A DNA stretch of 64,000 bases, taken from Candidatus Micrarchaeota archaeon (GTDB lineage Archaea > Micrarchaeota > Micrarchaeia > Micrarchaeales > CABMGC01). Position 1 is the stretch's first letter, and the number at the start of each line of letters is the position of its first letter. The notes beneath the pieces are model-generated. The model had not been told where the DNA came from, ran no database searches, and was given only the letters and a program-made list of their open reading frames with translations. Both the position numbers and the translations under genes were made by a program. The stretch covers positions 275,198-339,197 of the forward strand of contig JAGWHC010000001.1 of assembly GCA_028867025.1 (NCBI GenBank). The letters are read 5' to 3'. Of this stretch, positions 63,210 to 64,000 are shown in pieces.

Positions 63210-64000
63210 TCATGTCGCTGCAGGTTTGGCCTCTCCCTTGGCTTCGCTCTCGGCAAACATGCTCTTCTCTATAGTCTCCTTTATCTTGTCAGCTGGATAG
63301 GCGAGCTTGATGAGCTTTGTGTGGCCGCGTATGCCCTTGCCGCTCTCGTACGTGTCTATCAGGCCTTGCATCTCAAGGTCAGAGATGTACTTCCTGTACC
63401 ACCTGCTGCTCTTCGGCTCGCGGCTCAGCGTGTTGCTTATCCTGCTGTACTTGTTGTAGACCTCGCCGCTGAATATGTACATGTCGTTGCCGTCGGTTAG
63501 CTTCTTGTACCTGCTTCCCTGCAGCGAGAGCAGGGCTATGGAGTATAGCACAAGCTTCTGGTGCTCCGGCAGCGTGGATATGACATCGTAGGCGACCTGC
63601 TCCTCAGCGTCCTTCTGCGCCTCGTTGACCTCATCATCGCCTATCCTGCTCTTTCCGTGCTCCTCCGCGATCTCTCCAGCCCGCGAGAGCACTTTTAGCG
63701 CAAGCCTCGCATCACCGCTCTCCTTTGCCGATATTGCAGCCACAAGTCCCAGCACCTCCTGCGCTATCACGCCTGACTTGAAGCCCTTCTCAGCCCTGTC
63801 CTTTATTATCGCTGCGAGCTCGTTAGAGTTATACGGAGGGAAGGCCAGTTCGCGCTCGTACAGCGTCGAAAGCGTCCTGGAGTCGAGCAGCTCCTTGAAG
63901 TCTATCCTGTTAGACACGCCTACTATGGTTATCCCACCGGAACGTATGTCGCTGTTTGCCCTGGTTAGCGTGTACACAAGGTCGTCGAGGTCCTTTACCA
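63210..64000 (-). CDS. cdc6: Orc1/Cdc6 replication initiator, C-terminal part (truncated by window edge)
   Basis: LVYTLTR, IVGVSN..F...LD.R..S.L, FPPY...EL..I..DR, GDARLA and wHTH ISDLEMQGLI. Confidence 0.95.
   Translation of the reverse strand, partial: VKDLDDLVYTLTRANSDIRSGGITIVGVSNRIDFKELLDSRTLSTLYERELAFPPYNSNELAAIIKDRAEKGFKSGVIAQEVLGLVAAISAKESGDARLALKVLSRAGEIAEEHGKSRIGDDEVNEAQKDAEEQVAYDVISTLPEHQKLVLYSIALLSLQGSRYKKLTDGNDMYIFSGEVYNKYSRISNTLSREPKSSRWYRKYISDLEMQGLIDTYESGKGIRGHTKLIKLAYPADKIKETIEKSMFAESEAKGEAKPAAT

Noticed and set aside
94-63500. Many 60-260 aa ORFs antisense or frame-shifted to identified genes (e.g. 94-684, 13208-13987, 26644-27261, 35088-35816, 49297-49905)
   Set aside because: They overlap well-supported genes, have no motifs and show typical shadow-ORF composition.
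1-64000. CRISPR array, rRNA genes, IS elements
   Set aside because: No regularly spaced direct repeats, no long non-coding rRNA-like stretch and no transposase motifs; the largest intergenic gaps are only a few hundred bp.

Overview
Gene-dense archaeal chromosomal segment, most consistent with DPANN Micrarchaeota. The evidence is archaeal ribosomal proteins, TFE, aIF2-alpha, RadA, PriS, GINS, Orc1/Cdc6, RNase P proteins, a three-unit epsilon2-type tRNA splicing endonuclease and a gyrB-gyrA pair. Mostly housekeeping: complex I membrane-arm genes (nuoJKLN, plus a displaced nuoM), a truncated L3-L29/SUI1 ribosomal operon, six tRNAs (two with introns), thymidylate genes, ADP-forming acyl-CoA synthetase, Lhr, Mre11 and a beta-CASP RNase. 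I saw no CRISPR array, rRNA, transposase or integrase. Leading leads: (1) a 907-aa protein with a degenerate, coiled-coil-split metallophosphoesterase fused to an intact one; (2) a polytopic membrane-fused double-AAA+ (Cdc48-like) ATPase; (3) a phage-like dNTP-pool cassette at tRNA-Glu; (4) NuoL/NuoN lacking canonical proton-pumping residues; (5) tandem Yor238w/DUF218-like paralogues; (6) unannotated structured intergenic RNAs; (7) probable non-canonical start codons. All calls come from motif recognition by eye; no searches or computations were run.
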